Assembly (NCBI GenBank): GCA_977020255.1 | Contig: CDROCS010001360.1 | Coordinates: forward strand, 558,001 to 622,000 | Source: Obrimoposthia wandeli | Taxonomy: Eukaryota | Reading direction: 5' to 3' | Length of the DNA: 64,000 bases | Shown here: positions 1 through 9,962 of the stretch, piece after piece | How the letters are laid out: the number at the start of each line of letters is the position of its first letter | Position numbering within the stretch: position 1 is the first letter of the stretch | Notes under the pieces: generated by a model | What the model saw: the letters and a program-made list of their open reading frames with translations, nothing else | Database searches by the model: none | What the model was told of the DNA's origin: nothing | Program-made: the position numbers and the translations under genes

Positions 1-310
1 TACCCATAGTTATGTTTTGCATGGCAGTCTCTATCTCTCTTACTTCATCTTCAAGTTCTTGTTTTCTTTGCTTTAATACACCAATTTGTTCTTGTAATGG
101 GGCAACATCTTTTCCCTCTTTTTTATAAGAACCAAACTGTTGAGACAGCACTTTTTGCGTCGCTTGAGATGACTCCATCTCTTTTCTTTTTTCTTTTGCA
201 TCTTCAACTTGTGTTTTTAAACTTGCTAAAATCTCTGTTGTTACACCTTTTTTTTGTAAAGCAATACTTACTGTATCAAAATCTTTTTGTAAAAGTTTTA
301 TATCTATCAT
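1..310 (-). CDS. serS: Seryl-tRNA synthetase, N-terminal part (runs off the window edge)
   Basis: Not in the ORF track. Manual minus-strand translation from ATG at 310 gives MIDIKLLQKDFDTVSIALQKKGV...KQELEDEVREIETAMQNITMG, the typical SerRS N-terminal coiled-coil arm. Confidence 0.9.
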   Translation of the reverse strand, partial: MIDIKLLQKDFDTVSIALQKKGVTTEILASLKTQVEDAKEKRKEMESSQATQKVLSQQFGSYKKEGKDVAPLQEQIGVLKQRKQELEDEVREIETAMQNITMG

Positions 311-318
311 CTATTTTC

Positions 319-912
319 CTATTTTAATGTTTTTTCTATTATTTGAGTTATCTCTTCTTTTTTAACAAAATCAGAACCCATACTTACAATAAATTGACTA
401 GCTTCCGCAACTGTTAAAGTTGTTTCTTGTACTTTCGTTTTGTCAACTATTACTGTATACCCACTAGTAGGATTTGGACTCGTTGGAACAAATAAAACTA
501 ACACACTTTTATGTTTACTTAAAACATAAGCTGGCACCCATAAATCTGCTTTTGGATATTCTACTAACACAACTTCTTTTTTCTCATCTTTACTATTTGG
601 TTTAAATAGTTCAGTAATTTTTTTAATTATAGTGTAGATTGTTCCAATGGCAGGTACTTTTTCCAGTAGTCTGTCAATAATAGAAACTAAGTAAGATTTA
701 CCAGCACGTTCTATTGAAGATCCCACTAATGCTAAAATGATTATTACTAATACAAATAATCCTATAGTGTATAGAGGACTGTTTGTATATGAAGAAACAA
801 AAGCAAAAAGTTCTTTACTTAATGAATTAATCCAAAAAATTAGTTGGAGCACAACTAACAATGGTATAAGTGCCAATGCGCCAAGAAATATATATCTAAT
901 TAATTGTTTCAT
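319..912 (-). CDS. DUF502 family membrane protein
   Basis: Two N-terminal TM segments; VLVEYP...LFVPTSPNPTSG motif. Confidence 0.85.
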   Translation of the reverse strand: MKQLIRYIFLGALALIPLLVVLQLIFWINSLSKELFAFVSSYTNSPLYTIGLFVLVIIILALVGSSIERAGKSYLVSIIDRLLEKVPAIGTIYTIIKKITELFKPNSKDEKKEVVLVEYPKADLWVPAYVLSKHKSVLVLFVPTSPNPTSGYTVIVDKTKVQETTLTVAEASQFIVSMGSDFVKKEEITQIIEKTLK

Positions 913-966
913 CTAATACTCCATAAAATTTTGCTATTATAACGAAAATATACTAAGGATTGATTT

Positions 967-1932
967 TTGAGAATATTAAGTGGAATTCAACCAAGTGGAA
1001 CTATACATATAGGTAATTACTTTGGGATGATAAAAAAGATGATTGAGTCTCAAGATGATGGGGAACTATTTGCATTTATTGCATCATATCATGCACTAAC
1101 ATCAGTAAAAGAAAAAGAAGTTTTACAACAAAATATATTTGACGTAGCAGTTAATTTTTTGTCTCTAGGAATGGATCCAGACAAATCGACATTCTGGGTT
1201 CAAAGTGATGTTCCTGAAGTATTAGAACTATATTGGATACTTTCAAATCATACTCCAATGGGTCTTTTAGAGCGAGCACATAGTTATAAAGATAAAACAG
1301 CACGCGGAATTGCCTCAAATCATGGATTGCTTTCATATCCGGTATTAATGGCTGCTGATATATTATTATTTGATTCGAATATTGTACCAGTTGGTAAAGA
1401 TCAAATACAACACGTTGAGATTGCTAGAGATATTGCAAATACATTTAATAATGCATATGGAGATATTTTAATCATGCCTGAATCTAAAATTGATACAGAT
1501 GTGGCTACTGTTCCTGGTACAGATGGCGCTAAAATGTCTAAGAGTTATGGTAATACAATTGGTATGTTTGGTTCTAAAAAAACAATAAAAAAACAAGTAA
1601 TGAAAATTACTACTGATTCAAAAGAATTAGATGAATCAAAAGAATGGGAAAATTGTAATATATATACTTTGTGTAAACTATTTATGAATGAAGATGAATT
1701 AATGGCATTACAAAAAAGATATGAAACACCTGGTGAAGGTTATGGACATTTTAAATTGACATTATTAAATAAAATAGAAGAGTATTTTGAACCATATGCA
1801 AAAAAAAGAGAATATTATAATAATAATCCAGAAGTTGTAAAAAATATATTAGAAAAAGGTGCTAAAAAAGCACAAGCTGTTGCGCAAGAAAAGTTAAAAT
1901 TAATAAGAACTGCTGTGGGGCTTAACTATTAA
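967..1932 (+). CDS. trpS: Tryptophanyl-tRNA synthetase
   Basis: TTG start; SGIQPSG-HIGN (HIGH-like) and KMSKS motifs, VPVGKDQ. Confidence 0.97.
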   Translation: MRILSGIQPSGTIHIGNYFGMIKKMIESQDDGELFAFIASYHALTSVKEKEVLQQNIFDVAVNFLSLGMDPDKSTFWVQSDVPEVLELYWILSNHTPMGLLERAHSYKDKTARGIASNHGLLSYPVLMAADILLFDSNIVPVGKDQIQHVEIARDIANTFNNAYGDILIMPESKIDTDVATVPGTDGAKMSKSYGNTIGMFGSKKTIKKQVMKITTDSKELDESKEWENCNIYTLCKLFMNEDELMALQKRYETPGEGYGHFKLTLLNKIEEYFEPYAKKREYYNNNPEVVKNILEKGAKKAQAVAQEKLKLIRTAVGLNY

Positions 1933-1952
1933 TTTATATAAGATAAATAGAG

Positions 1953-2219
1953 TTAAATTAAGAACTCTTTTATCTTTTTTTGATGGTTTAATTCTGATTT
2001 TAAATTATTTAGGTAATTTTTTAAAAAAATAACATTTTTATGAAATAGTTCATGTAAGGTTTTTAATTGTTCTAGTTTTAAATCAAAATTTTCAATAGAG
2101 CCATTTGTTAAGTATGTCTCTACCCAAGCTTCCAATCTTTGTGCTTTTATGATGTCATCCAGAGAATCAATATAAATTAATTCTTGGAAAGCTTTTATAG
2201 ACCTGTTTCTTCTTTCCAT
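1953..2219 (-). CDS. Small helical hypothetical protein downstream of fliS (FliT-like position)
   Basis: 88-aa ORF overlapping the fliS 3' end by 25 nt; function inferred only from position. Confidence 0.6.
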   Translation of the reverse strand: MERRNRSIKAFQELIYIDSLDDIIKAQRLEAWVETYLTNGSIENFDLKLEQLKTLHELFHKNVIFLKNYLNNLKSELNHQKKIKEFLI

Positions 2220-2551
2220 GCTTCTATAAGTCCTGTTACTACTTTTTTAACTTGTAATATTGCACTAAGGTTACTATCTACCCCTGCACTAAATAATGTT
2301 TCAATTTGATATAAATATAACCCATCGAGATAATATGCTACATCTCCACCTTCAAAATCTAATATATTTCTCAATTCATCAAAAATTGCAATTGATCTAT
2401 TTATATATTCAAATTTTGCTTCAACATTATTATCTTCAATAGAATGTTCTACAAAAGATAAATATTTTAATAACCCTTCATACAGCTTTAGTATAAGCAT
2501 ATATGGATCTTCTGTTGTTGCCGCTTGCTGATTGTATATTTCTAAACCCAT
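2195..2551 (-). CDS. fliS: Flagellin export chaperone FliS
   Basis: Y-x-QQ N-terminus, LILKLYEG, ELRNILDFEGGDVAYYLDGLY; adjacent to fliD. Confidence 0.93.
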   Translation of the reverse strand: MGLEIYNQQAATTEDPYMLILKLYEGLLKYLSFVEHSIEDNNVEAKFEYINRSIAIFDELRNILDFEGGDVAYYLDGLYLYQIETLFSAGVDSNLSAILQVKKVVTGLIEAWKEETGL

Positions 2552-2580
2552 TAAAACTCTCCAATAATTATTATTAAAGG

Positions 2581-2603
2581 ATTATAATATATAAATACTT
2601 AAA
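2581..2603 (-). promoter_or_regulatory. Sigma70-type promoter for fliS
   Basis: Minus strand reads TTTAAGTATT-N7-TATAAT, matching the Campylobacterota RpoD pattern. Confidence 0.6.
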
Positions 2604-2628
2604 GTATATTAAGTATTTACACTATATC

Positions 2629-4353
2629 TTAATTGCTTACGTATGATTGTTTAATCATACTCTCTAAGCCAGCAAATGCAGATTCCATTTGCGTAATAGC
2701 GGAACCATATAAAGAAAACTGAGAAGCCATTGACGCATATTTAGAATCCAATGATGCAATAGCTTTTTCTCTTTCTGTTTCTAATTTTTCTTTTCTACTT
2801 GCAATACTTGCTTCGTATCTAGTCATCATTCCATCACTAGAATCTAATTCGTCTAAATAGTCTTGAATAACTGTTCCCATACCTAAGTATTTAGTATCAT
2901 CCGTACTTGCTAAATCTTCATCAACGGTATTTCCCAAAAATAAACTTTTGACATCATCATAATTATCGACTAATGCTTCTCCAAATTTATTTGCATCTAA
3001 AGATAAATTTCCTGATAAATCTAGTTCCAAACCAAAATTAAATAAATTCAAATCATTATCTTTTCCATAAGATCCAAATAAATTATCTTTAATAGAACTA
3101 ACTAATGAACGTAGTGCAGCATTATCATTCATTACTCCATCTGCTTTGCCTGTTTCTGTTGTAACCAAATCTACAAGAGCATTGTAACTACCAATCATAG
3201 TTTGTAAACCGTTTAAAATAGCACTGGTGTCTTTTTGGATATCAATAGTAGCTTTACCTGTCTCTACAGCAGTCATAGTTAAGTTTCCTTGAATAGTTAC
3301 TGTATTTGATGCTACGTCATAGTCAATACCATCAATATTAGCTTTAAGGTTTTGAGCTTTTTGTACTTGATTTGTAGTGTATCCTAAATCTATAGTAGTT
3401 TGTGCAATGTTAAGTGAACTTCCATCATCCACACTAATATCAAATGTCGTTCCATCCGATACCGTCGCCGTTATTCCCGGAATTGCATCTATTGAAACTT
3501 GTAAATCTGCATATGTAGTAGTTGCAGTTGTTGTAATTACATTTCCATTTATATTTAACTCTCCAGCACCTACTAAATCATTAGTAACGTCAGGAATAGT
3601 ATTTGTTGATGATTGACTGTCTCCAAATCCTAGATTAAAGTTTGTTTGAGTAATTGTTAATTCATTATCTTGTCCTGATTCACTACTTTTAATAACTAAT
3701 CTATATTCATCGGTACCAACTGCTTCAATTGAAGCGATAAAATTTTCATTATCATTAATTTCTGCAGCTAGTTCAACAATTGTCTTAGCACCCATATCTG
3801 CAATTAATACTTGAGTAGGATCTTGAACAATGCTAAAATCAAAAGTTTCAGTTCCAATTTTTATTGAGATACCTGCTGCTGCAACTAATGCAGCTGAAGA
3901 ATCATCAATTGCACTCATTTGGGCATCTTTTGAAGTTTCATTAAATGATATACTTTGATATACATCTCTTTGAGATAATTGTGATACATCAATATTTGTC
4001 GTACCCGGCTCTAGTCCACCTATATCAACAGCATCAAAAACAGCTGCTGATCCTGTAGTAGAGGCTGATACAGCTTCAAAAGCTGTAGTACCAGTTGTAT
4101 CAGCATCAAAAATAGACATTTTTGACATTAAATCAAGTGCTTGTGCTTTTATAACACTCAACGTGGACGCTTCTCCAAGAGTATCCAATACTTTACCTGT
4201 ATCAGCATCTAGACCTGTTATATCTTCTAGTTGTTGGTCAGTATTAAATAATACAGAACCTTTCTCTGCATTTTTTAATTTTTCTAATAACTCACCGTTT
4301 AGAGCACTTGCTCCACCTGTACTAAAACTTCCTAATAAACTGTAATCTGCCAT
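2629..4353 (-). CDS. fliD: Flagellar filament cap protein FliD
   Basis: N-term L...LLEKLKNAEK; central YRLVIKSSESGQDN; C-term LDSKYASMASQFSLYGSAITQMES; between flgK and fliS. Confidence 0.92.
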   Translation of the reverse strand: MADYSLLGSFSTGGASALNGELLEKLKNAEKGSVLFNTDQQLEDITGLDADTGKVLDTLGEASTLSVIKAQALDLMSKMSIFDADTTGTTAFEAVSASTTGSAAVFDAVDIGGLEPGTTNIDVSQLSQRDVYQSISFNETSKDAQMSAIDDSSAALVAAAGISIKIGTETFDFSIVQDPTQVLIADMGAKTIVELAAEINDNENFIASIEAVGTDEYRLVIKSSESGQDNELTITQTNFNLGFGDSQSSTNTIPDVTNDLVGAGELNINGNVITTTATTTYADLQVSIDAIPGITATVSDGTTFDISVDDGSSLNIAQTTIDLGYTTNQVQKAQNLKANIDGIDYDVASNTVTIQGNLTMTAVETGKATIDIQKDTSAILNGLQTMIGSYNALVDLVTTETGKADGVMNDNAALRSLVSSIKDNLFGSYGKDNDLNLFNFGLELDLSGNLSLDANKFGEALVDNYDDVKSLFLGNTVDEDLASTDDTKYLGMGTVIQDYLDELDSSDGMMTRYEASIASRKEKLETEREKAIASLDSKYASMASQFSLYGSAITQMESAFAGLESMIKQSYVSN

Positions 4354-4378
4354 GATTTATCCTTTCATATTTTTAAAT

Positions 4379-7048
4379 TTATCTTTTTAGATTCAGTAAT
4401 GTTTGTAACATTTCATCGACTACTGTAATCATTTTTGCATTTGCTTCATATCCTGACTGGAATTTAATCAGTTGAATCATCTCTTCATCTTTATCAACTT
4501 TTGTTAATTTATCATATGTTGATTGTATTGATTCTGTTACTGCTTCTTGTGATGTTTGATTAAAAATCACATTTTCCCTTGTATCTGCTATGGTAACTCT
4601 TAATGTTTGAAAGTATTCAGAAAATGATGCTGTATCTAATCCATCCTGATTAAAGTCGATATCTGTTTTCCACTGAATACTTGATAGATAGTCTAACTTT
4701 TGTTGAGATAAATTATTAACATTATTATCTTGGAACTGTAAAGTTTTTACATCAGCTCCTTTAAATAATCCTATGTTAGTTAAACCAATTCCACTATCAT
4801 CTATTTGTGCAGAATCCAGTCCATGTACATAAACCCCTGAAGAAGTTTCGATAAAATCCGAAGAATAATCAGATAATTTTTCAGCAAAATTATCTAACAT
4901 CTGTTTATATTCAGCAAAATTATTATTTCCAGAATCAGTTTTAAGATTATCAATCATTGGTTTTAGCATTCCTCCACTTAAAGATATTTTTTTGTCAAAT
5001 ATTTCTACATGAATATCATCTATGCCTTCTGTTGATAAATTATTTTCTTTTGAAATATTTATACCTACATAGTTGCCAGTTGTAGTGTCTTTATTTGAAT
5101 TGTCGTTTACTAACACTTCTCCTTTAAAAACTCCTGCTTCTCCATCAATATTTGATTCTACATATAGAAATCTATCTTTATTTGGAGATACTAAATCGTA
5201 GTCTGAATGTAAAGGGTTATTCGTTAATATTTTTGTACCATCATCTGCCAATTCATATTTACCATTATATGCAGTTATTTGACCACCAATGTAGTTTTGT
5301 TGATTGATTTTGTACACTAAAGCATTAATTACATTTTCTGCATCAACAATATCTTCTGTATTTGTTAATCCATCATTATTTATATCAGCAGGAGTTATCC
5401 CATCAGCTTCATAGATTATTTCTCCATGAGTTACAGTTATGGTATGTTCATTATCAAGAGTGTATGTTACTTTATCTTCTTCTGCACCTTTTGTTGTTTC
5501 AACACTTCTTTCATACTCCATACCTCTACTTGATGTTGCTTCTAGAACTGCAACATCACTCATATGTGGTTCATATGTAATAGTTAAGTTTCCAGTTGTA
5601 TCCGCTGTGATACTTTTTATTTGCTTATTTGCATTAGCTGGATCAGTATTCCAATTCCATAAAATATCACTTTGCAGTGGTCCATTTGGTAATGCTGGAT
5701 CAAATCCTAGTACTGCATCAGCTGCAATTAATGCTGCTGTTTGGGCTGCTGTTTCTCCAGTAGCAGAACTTGGAATAGCTGTTGACAAAAAATAGGCAGG
5801 ACTACTTGTTGTAGTACCTGTTAATGCAAGCGTCTGTACTTCTGAGATACTACTTGTTTCTCCTCCTCTTTGCATTTCTATACTATCTGAGAAAGTTATT
5901 CCATTTTCTGTTGATGCTGTTATATCAGGAATATTTCCTTCTGTATTTTGATAAGTAATTTGTAATACTGAAGTTCCTGCTCCATATGGTTGTGTAATTG
6001 ATGATATCTGTTTTGTTGGATTTGCAGTATTCCAATCTGTAACTAGTGTTCCTAAATTACCGACAATATGATCCGCAACAGATTCTGGAGTATTAAATGC
6101 TGATGCAGAATTGTTAACTGTAAAAGTTTGATCTAAAAAGTTAAAGCTATCAGCTCCTGAAGTTGTAGTCACACCACCACTAAGAGAAATATTTTGTATT
6201 TCTTGGTTTGAACTAGCTCCAATTTGTTTTCCCCATGTAGTTTTATCTATGATATTACTATCAAGAGGAATAATTGCGCTACCATCGGCATCTTTTTTTA
6301 CATAAGCATCTGCTTGTGGGGTATAGTTTTCAACTAGATTAATTTCTCTTACATTTGTATCAAATCTAATAGCAGTTACTCCCCCTATTTTGAGATGATA
6401 GGTAGATTCCCTTGTAACTTCTACATCAATATATTTAGCTAACTCTTTTTCTAAATTATCTCGTTTATCTAGTAAATCATTATTTTGTGTTGTTGACTCG
6501 GTTATTTCCTTACTAATATCACCTATACTTTTAAGTATGCTATTAATTTCACCAACCGCTAATTTTGCTTCACCTAGTGTAGATTCTTCTAAGTCTTCAA
6601 TACCTGAATAAAGTTCTTGCAGATTAGTTACTAAGATATTTCCATTACTTGCTAAATCTGATTTATAAATTGGATTACTTGGACTTGTTTTTAAATTTTC
6701 TATTGATTTAAAGTATCTATTTAAATCAGCAGATAAACCCGTATCTTCTGTTTCATAAAATATTGATTCGATACTGTTAAGCATTGAGTTTAGTGTTTTT
6801 ACATCACTTAGTTTGGCTTCTTCTTTTACAAGCTTATCAAACATATAAAGATCAGTAACCCTTGAAACACCATCTATAAATACACCCCGACCAGTCATCC
6901 TTGAATCATTGTGTTCAATTTCTGAGATATTCACAACTCGTTTTTTATAACCTGGTGTATGTTCATTTGCCAAGTTGTTCATCACATTTTCAACTTGCGT
7001 TTGAGATGATCTTAGTCCTGATTGTGCTACATTTAGTATATTTAACAT
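4379..7048 (-). CDS. flgK: Hook-filament junction protein FlgK, unusually long (889 aa)
   Basis: N-term LNVAQSGLRSSQ...NNLANEHTPGYKKR; C-term VDKDEEMIQLIKFQSGYEANAKMITVVDEML. Confidence 0.93.
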   Translation of the reverse strand: MLNILNVAQSGLRSSQTQVENVMNNLANEHTPGYKKRVVNISEIEHNDSRMTGRGVFIDGVSRVTDLYMFDKLVKEEAKLSDVKTLNSMLNSIESIFYETEDTGLSADLNRYFKSIENLKTSPSNPIYKSDLASNGNILVTNLQELYSGIEDLEESTLGEAKLAVGEINSILKSIGDISKEITESTTQNNDLLDKRDNLEKELAKYIDVEVTRESTYHLKIGGVTAIRFDTNVREINLVENYTPQADAYVKKDADGSAIIPLDSNIIDKTTWGKQIGASSNQEIQNISLSGGVTTTSGADSFNFLDQTFTVNNSASAFNTPESVADHIVGNLGTLVTDWNTANPTKQISSITQPYGAGTSVLQITYQNTEGNIPDITASTENGITFSDSIEMQRGGETSSISEVQTLALTGTTTSSPAYFLSTAIPSSATGETAAQTAALIAADAVLGFDPALPNGPLQSDILWNWNTDPANANKQIKSITADTTGNLTITYEPHMSDVAVLEATSSRGMEYERSVETTKGAEEDKVTYTLDNEHTITVTHGEIIYEADGITPADINNDGLTNTEDIVDAENVINALVYKINQQNYIGGQITAYNGKYELADDGTKILTNNPLHSDYDLVSPNKDRFLYVESNIDGEAGVFKGEVLVNDNSNKDTTTGNYVGINISKENNLSTEGIDDIHVEIFDKKISLSGGMLKPMIDNLKTDSGNNNFAEYKQMLDNFAEKLSDYSSDFIETSSGVYVHGLDSAQIDDSGIGLTNIGLFKGADVKTLQFQDNNVNNLSQQKLDYLSSIQWKTDIDFNQDGLDTASFSEYFQTLRVTIADTRENVIFNQTSQEAVTESIQSTYDKLTKVDKDEEMIQLIKFQSGYEANAKMITVVDEMLQTLLNLKR

Positions 7049-7102
7049 GCTTATTCCTCTATTTACTTATACAATAATACTATTGCAATTCTTAAAATTA
7101 GA

Positions 7103-7810
7103 TTAAAATGGAGAGATGCTCTCTATCAATCTTGTTCCCCAACCTTGATTTAGTGAATCAGATTCTACGCCTTCTTTATCATATAGAATCTTTAAATTTG
7201 CCAATTGATATGAAAATACAGTGTTTTCTGGACTAATATCATAAGGTCTTATGATCCCGCTTATTTGGATATTTTGTTTTTGTCCATTTATCAATATTTC
7301 TTTATTACCCTTTATAAAGTAATTACCATTTTGATATGTATCTTCAATGATTGCAGAAATTGTCGTAGTAAATTCTTCATCAGCTTTTGATGTTGCTGAA
7401 CCTTTAAAATTATTAGTAGTACCTGAATTAAAACCTACTCCCAATAAACTATTATTAAGTTTATTTACTTTATTTAATGTTCCAGTAGATGGTGCAGTAC
7501 CAAGAGAGCCAAATATTCCACCACCAATATTTGTAGTATTTGCTTTTTTTAACTCTCTTTCGTCAGTTGAGTCATTAGTTAACGTTTCTTCAATTTTTAC
7601 TTGAATAATATCTCCTATTTGCAGTTCTTTTTTATCTGCAAATAATGAGGCACCTCTTCTGGAATATAGTGCACCTTTTCTTTTTATTGATGGTTCAATT
7701 TTTTTAGTAACTTGCATTGTTGGTTTTTTGTCTATATTAATTTCTGGTTGGGTAGTACAGCCAACAAATAATATGGATAGAAAAAAAAGAATTGAAATTT
7801 TATGAATCAT
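7103..7810 (-). CDS. flgH: Flagellar L-ring lipoprotein FlgH
   Basis: Lipobox FVGC; LFADKKELQIGDIIQV; ISGIIRPYDI; GWGTRLIESISPF. Confidence 0.95.
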   Translation of the reverse strand: MIHKISILFFLSILFVGCTTQPEINIDKKPTMQVTKKIEPSIKRKGALYSRRGASLFADKKELQIGDIIQVKIEETLTNDSTDERELKKANTTNIGGGIFGSLGTAPSTGTLNKVNKLNNSLLGVGFNSGTTNNFKGSATSKADEEFTTTISAIIEDTYQNGNYFIKGNKEILINGQKQNIQISGIIRPYDISPENTVFSYQLANLKILYDKEGVESDSLNQGWGTRLIESISPF

Positions 7811-8222
7811 ATTTATTCTCCACTATAGTTTTTAAATCAATTGCTATTTTGATGTGATGTGTTGTATTTTTAACCATTGCACCTACACCGTATCTTATTA
7901 AAAGAGGTTCAATATCTGTAGTAAAATCAGAAATTATATATAACTTATCTTTAACGATTTTAATTGATTGTATGTGTTTCTGTTCCAATAAATTGACTAT
8001 AATAATTGCTTCTTTATAGATTGCTTTTTCTAAGTTTATAGATTTATCAATTTCTTTTTTAATAATTGTTTGATCTAATTTATTTACTAAGTCTGTATTT
8101 TGTTCTTGAAATTTATTGCTCATATGGTCGTAATAAAACCAGAACATTATTATAAGAGAAAACATTGATAATGCTTTGATTAATAATTGATTCTTATTTC
8201 TTGTTTTTAATATTATTATCAT
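7800..8222 (-). CDS. Hypothetical single-pass membrane protein in the flagellar operon
   Basis: N-terminal TM helix; overlaps the flgH start. Confidence 0.7.
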   Translation of the reverse strand: MIIILKTRNKNQLLIKALSMFSLIIMFWFYYDHMSNKFQEQNTDLVNKLDQTIIKKEIDKSINLEKAIYKEAIIIVNLLEQKHIQSIKIVKDKLYIISDFTTDIEPLLIRYGVGAMVKNTTHHIKIAIDLKTIVENKYDS

Positions 8223-8239
8223 GCTATTCTCTTTATTGC

Positions 8240-8782
8240 TTATTTAATTACAAATGACGTAAAGAATATATCTAAAACCATATTTTTCATTATGTCGTCA
8301 TTTCCATCTGTTGAATCGTTTAAGATATTATTTAGCTCATCAATCATTTCTTCTTTAAGCATAGCTTTACCCCCAACTGTAAGTAATTCTTCACTACTTC
8401 TTGCACTAATTTGTCTGATTACTGAATCTACCATTTCCGCTTTATTTGCTTCAATTAAAGATTCAATTGTTGGTTCACTTGCTTTCATAGTAAATGATAA
8501 TTTCATTAATTTAGCTCGACCTTTAGCATCAGTAATATTTAGTACTAGACTGTTTATACTAGCTTGAAAAGTTTCGCCAATCTCTTCTTTTTCCATCGTT
8601 ATATTTTTTTCAGCAACAGGTGCTGCTGCATTCATAGGTTGATCGCTAAATAGACCTTTTGCGTACATAAAGTAACCTATCCCACCAATAGCTAATAATA
8701 AAAGTATAACTAGTCCTACTAGAACCATCATCATTGGATTTTTATTACCTTTTTTTGCTTCTACTTCTTTTTCTTCAGCCAT
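8240..8782 (-). CDS. fliL: Flagellar basal body-associated protein FliL
   Basis: N-terminal TM; LVLNITD..GRAKLMKLSF; LLTVGGKAMLKEEM; IFFTSFVIK C-terminus. Confidence 0.92.
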   Translation of the reverse strand: MAEEKEVEAKKGNKNPMMMVLVGLVILLLLAIGGIGYFMYAKGLFSDQPMNAAAPVAEKNITMEKEEIGETFQASINSLVLNITDAKGRAKLMKLSFTMKASEPTIESLIEANKAEMVDSVIRQISARSSEELLTVGGKAMLKEEMIDELNNILNDSTDGNDDIMKNMVLDIFFTSFVIK

Positions 8783-8794
8783 CTTTTACTTCTC

Positions 8795-9283
8795 CTATTT
8801 TTTCTTATTTTCTTTATTTATTCTCATTTTTTTCATTAGAACAGTTGACACTTTAGTATCAAATTTTTTAAGTATTTTCATAACTCTTTTTTCTTTCATT
8901 CTCATCATTATATCAAATACTTCATCAATTTCACCATTTGCTATCATTTCATTAAAAACGTTAATAACTACACCTAATTTCATTTTATCGTACATTAACA
9001 TTGCTTTACTTGTAATAACACGATTTATTTCATCAAGAATATCTTGATTTGATTTTTTAACATTGATTATGTTTTGTTCAGATTCTTTGATACTTTTTTG
9101 AAGTTTTTCTAGTTCTTCTTTATTCTTTTGATAACCCAATTCTTTAATTTCATAGAATTCATTAAGTTCATCTTTTACAGCTATTAGCTCTTGTTTTTCT
9201 TTATATAACGCGCCTTCTTTGGTTGTGACTGCATTCGCAAAATTTAATAATAAAAATGTACAAAGTATAATTTTAGTAAGCAT
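8795..9283 (-). CDS. MotE/FlbB-like periplasmic coiled-coil protein
   Basis: Signal peptide, coiled coil and a C-terminal helical repeat (MKEKRVMKILKKFD); follows the fliJ-like gene as in Campylobacter. Confidence 0.7.
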   Translation of the reverse strand: MLTKIILCTFLLLNFANAVTTKEGALYKEKQELIAVKDELNEFYEIKELGYQKNKEELEKLQKSIKESEQNIINVKKSNQDILDEINRVITSKAMLMYDKMKLGVVINVFNEMIANGEIDEVFDIMMRMKEKRVMKILKKFDTKVSTVLMKKMRINKENKKK

Positions 9284-9698
9284 TTAAATCCTTTTTATTT
9301 TGAATATATTTTGCTTGCATATATTCAGCTGCAACTATTTCTTCATCTTTTAGTATCTGTTTTAATTTTTTCTTTTTATTTTCTTGTAAGATGTAATTAA
9401 ATTGTTCACTTTCTTTATTTAACGAAAGAATAATTTTATCGTAATAATCAATTTGTTGTTTTAGTTTAACTTTTTTTTGATTCAATTTAATCATATGCTC
9501 TTTCATTGTTTCTTTATGGATTTGCAAAACTCTAAAATCAGAAATCGCACCCATAATATCAAGTGTTGCCGTATGATAAGAATGATTTGTATCATATAAT
9601 TCTGCATCTATATCTTCTATTTTAGATAGCGACTGTTGTTTTAGTAAAACTTGCTGATTAATTTGTTGTTGTTTTAATTTATATAATTTATCAATCAT
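9273..9698 (-). CDS. FliJ-like flagellar export chaperone
   Basis: 141-aa all-helical Gln/Lys-rich coiled coil after fliQ; ESEQFNYI...DEEIVAAEY C-terminal pattern. Confidence 0.65.
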   Translation of the reverse strand: MIDKLYKLKQQQINQQVLLKQQSLSKIEDIDAELYDTNHSYHTATLDIMGAISDFRVLQIHKETMKEHMIKLNQKKVKLKQQIDYYDKIILSLNKESEQFNYILQENKKKKLKQILKDEEIVAAEYMQAKYIQNKKDLNAY

Positions 9699-9961
9699 TC
9701 TATTTTACCAAATTCTATAATCATATTCCAAAGTTCCATAGTATAACCCTCTATATTATCACCAATCCAAGGAAGTGAAATAACAATAAAAACTGAAACT
9801 ATAATCATTTTAGGTACAAAGGATAATGACGCATCACTAATTTGTGTAACCGCTTGAAAAATACTAATAATTAGTCCAATCACCATACTTACTATTAATG
9901 ATGGTAAACCAAGTAAAAGAATTATAGAAACAGTACTTTGTGATATTGCAATTAAATCCAT
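9695..9961 (-). CDS. fliQ: Flagellar export gate protein FliQ
   Basis: GLIISIFQAVTQISDASLSFVPK signature. Confidence 0.96.
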   Translation of the reverse strand: MDLIAISQSTVSIILLLGLPSLIVSMVIGLIISIFQAVTQISDASLSFVPKMIIVSVFIVISLPWIGDNIEGYTMELWNMIIEFGKIE

Positions 9962-9962
9962 T

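Noticed and set aside
97-327. 76-aa plus-strand ORF in the track
   Set aside because: Antisense shadow of the serS N-terminus, which translates convincingly on the minus strand.
7049-7102. Sigma54 promoter for flgK (TTGC present)
   Set aside because: No GG at the -24 position; the region fits a sigma70-like pattern better.
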